Source: Planctomycetota bacterium (GTDB taxonomy: Bacteria > Planctomycetota > Planctomycetia > Pirellulales > Lacipirellulaceae). Taken from it: a stretch of 31,423 nt of DNA. This document shows positions 29,676 through 31,423 of the stretch, piece after piece. Every line of letters begins with the position of its first letter. Position 1 is the first letter of the stretch. The notes under the pieces were generated by a model, which saw only the letters and a list, made by a program, of their open reading frames with translations, did not search any database and had not been told where the DNA came from. The translations under genes and the position numbers were made by a program. The stretch is taken from the NCBI GenBank assembly GCA_039190745.1, contig JBCCXZ010000048.1, positions 1-31,423 on the forward strand. Reading direction: 5' to 3'.

Positions 29676-30575
29676 TCACCGAGCCCGAGGATGCGCCTGC
29701 TCGTAAGCCCGCCGCAGGCTGGCGGTGCTCACGTGCGTGTAGATCTGGGTCGTCACCAGGCTCTTGTGACCCAGTAGTTCCTGCACGCTGCGGATATCCG
29801 CCCCGCGGTCTAACAGGTGCGTCGCAAAGCTGTGACGCAGGGTGTGCGGGCTTGTCCGCCGGTCGAGGCCCGTCTCCTGCAGATACTTCTCCAGCATCCG
29901 CCCGACGCTCCGAGTCGTGAGCCGCCGGCCGAACCGATTCACAAACACAGGCGCCCCCCGGCCAGACTCCTCCTTGGCGTGCAGCTTCCGCTTGGCGAGC
30001 CAAGCCTCGATCGCCGCCACGGCGTAGGAACCCAACGGCGCCAGCCGCTCTTTGCGGCCCTTGCCCTTGGCACGCAGTACGCCCTGGGCCAAATCGAGGT
30101 CCCCGTCCGAAAGGTCGACCAGTTCACTCACGCGCAAGCCCGCCGAGTAGAGCGTCTCCAGGATCGCCCGGTCACGCAGGCCGAGCACGCTGGTCGCGTC
30201 AGGCGCCCCCAGCAGCTTCTCAATGTCCGCGTCGCTCAGAAAATGCGGCAGCTTCCGCGCCTTCCGCGGGTTGCGCAGCGCCCGGGCCGGGTTGCTCTCC
30301 GCCCAGCCCTCCCGCATGCCGTAGCGGTAGAAGGTCCGCAGCGAAGCCAGCTTCCGCGCGATCGAGGTCTTCGCGTACCCCGCGTTGTGCAGCGCTGTGA
30401 GGAAACCCCGCAGCTCCGCCGGCGTGATCGACTCCGGCTCCGCGGTTGCGCCCTGGGCGTCGGCGAAGAACTCGGCAAAGGCCCCGAGGTCTTCCCGGTA
30501 GCCCTTCACGGTGTGCGGAGAAGAGGCCCGCTCGATCTGCAAGTGCCGCAAGAATTGGGCGATCTTACGCTGCAC
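29676..30575 (-). CDS. xerC: Tyrosine recombinase XerC
   Basis: SAM-like N-domain, GLRVSEL, GKGRKER, HTLRHSFATH, LLGH, TQIY; 299 aa with no mobile-element context. Confidence 0.88.
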   Translation of the reverse strand: MQRKIAQFLRHLQIERASSPHTVKGYREDLGAFAEFFADAQGATAEPESITPAELRGFLTALHNAGYAKTSIARKLASLRTFYRYGMREGWAESNPARALRNPRKARKLPHFLSDADIEKLLGAPDATSVLGLRDRAILETLYSAGLRVSELVDLSDGDLDLAQGVLRAKGKGRKERLAPLGSYAVAAIEAWLAKRKLHAKEESGRGAPVFVNRFGRRLTTRSVGRMLEKYLQETGLDRRTSPHTLRHSFATHLLDRGADIRSVQELLGHKSLVTTQIYTHVSTASLRRAYEQAHPRAR

Positions 30576-30665
30576 AACTGATCTCGCACAAAGAAACGCG
30601 ACACTACAGCTAGCCGCGACGCTACGCGTCGCTGGGGCGCCGCGAACACCTTCAGAGCGCGAAGT

Positions 30666-30896
30666 CTACTCCTCGCTGTCGCTCGGTTGCGGCAGCGTCA
30701 CACGGTCGGCCGCCGGCCCGGCGTTCCGCACTTTCTGGCTCAACACAGCCGCGTCGTACCAGCTGAAGCTCAGGTCGGGGTTGGACGCGAAACGCCCGAG
30801 CGTCCGCAGGGCCTCGGCCCGCTGCGAGTCCTCGTACAAGAACACGTAGCGTTCCTTGCCCTTGACCAATGCCAGCACGTTGATGTCGTCGTTCAC
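30666..30896 (-). CDS. Small hypothetical protein (planctomycete-type)
   Basis: GGGAGAG RBS, GTG start, INVLALVKGKERYVFLY...LSFSWYDAAVLS. Confidence 0.8.
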   Translation of the reverse strand: MNDDINVLALVKGKERYVFLYEDSQRAEALRTLGRFASNPDLSFSWYDAAVLSQKVRNAGPAADRVTLPQPSDSEE

Positions 30897-31089
30897 AGAT
30901 CACTCTCCCGGCGGCGGGCTCTTCCCCGCAGACGAGCCGTCACGCAGCGGGCTCTCAGAGCGGGGGGGAATCAGGCGGGCGGCCGGCCTGGCGTCGCCGC
31001 GGGGGGCGCCTCCGTGCGTGCCGGTCCTTCAACGTAGCGCCCCGCATCAGGGGTCTACCCTGGGTTGGGGCTACGGGGCTACATAGTGC

Positions 31090-31422
31090 CTATCGGCTCT
31101 CGGGCCACCGCCACACCACCCGCGATTCCTGCGCACCGCCCCGCGCGGTGAGCATCTCCGAGAGGTGCATGTGGCAGCAGAAGCGGATGAAGTCGTCGCT
31201 CCGCTGCAGGAACGACTGCCATCCGCCGAAGCGGGCGTCGTCGCGGTAGTAAACGTAGCCCTTCAAAGCGTTTGTCACGTACGGGTCGTTCCCGCGGTAC
31301 AGCCGCGTGTGGGTTAAAACCGGGGCGTCTGTCGGCACGCAAGGCGGCTTTAGCGGTACACCGGGAGAGCACCCGTCAGTGCAAGGTAGCGGGGTCGTGC
31401 CGGCTACAACGGTTGTCTTGGT
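31090..31422 (-). CDS. Hypothetical protein, C-terminal part (5' end beyond window)
   Basis: Frame is open to the window edge (…TKTTVVAGTTPLPC…YRGND…RDDARFGGWQSFLQRSDDFIRFCCH…). Confidence 0.7.
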   Translation of the reverse strand, partial: TKTTVVAGTTPLPCTDGCSPGVPLKPPCVPTDAPVLTHTRLYRGNDPYVTNALKGYVYYRDDARFGGWQSFLQRSDDFIRFCCHMHLSEMLTARGGAQESRVVWRWPESR

Positions 31423-31423
31423 A

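Noticed and set aside
29676..30575. Tyrosine recombinase as the integrase of a mobile element or integron
   Set aside because: Size and motifs fit housekeeping XerC; no IntI insertion, att sites, tRNA or cargo, and composition is host-like.

Overview
GC-rich chromosomal window, most likely from a planctomycete (Pirellulales-like). This is inferred from PEP-CTERM proteins, a sulfatase, Cys-rich secreted proteins, a stand-alone spd/mitochondrial-type EF-G and planctomycete-style hypotheticals. It holds about 27 CDSs. Housekeeping genes: fumC, fusA, an orphan sdhB, uppP, groES-groEL, xerC. Signalling genes: a 5'-truncated PAS/GAF hybrid kinase, a membrane cNMP-binding protein and an NtrC-type activator. 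Envelope/secreted genes: two PEP-CTERM proteins, a CAAX/CPBP protease, a sulfatase, a lipoprotein and three small secreted proteins. I found no rRNA, tRNA, CRISPR array or transposase. The most interesting signals lie between genes: (i) two 71-bp REPIN-like doublets with covarying hairpins bracket one unknown gene; (ii) a lower-GC HNH-like gene sits behind groEL between degenerate repeats carrying a second REP-like family; (iii) groESL has a sigma54-type promoter with two palindromic upstream sites and no CIRCE; (iv) long structured leaders with RBS-occluding stems precede an RRM gene and a Cys-rich protein gene. All calls come from reading the sequence only.
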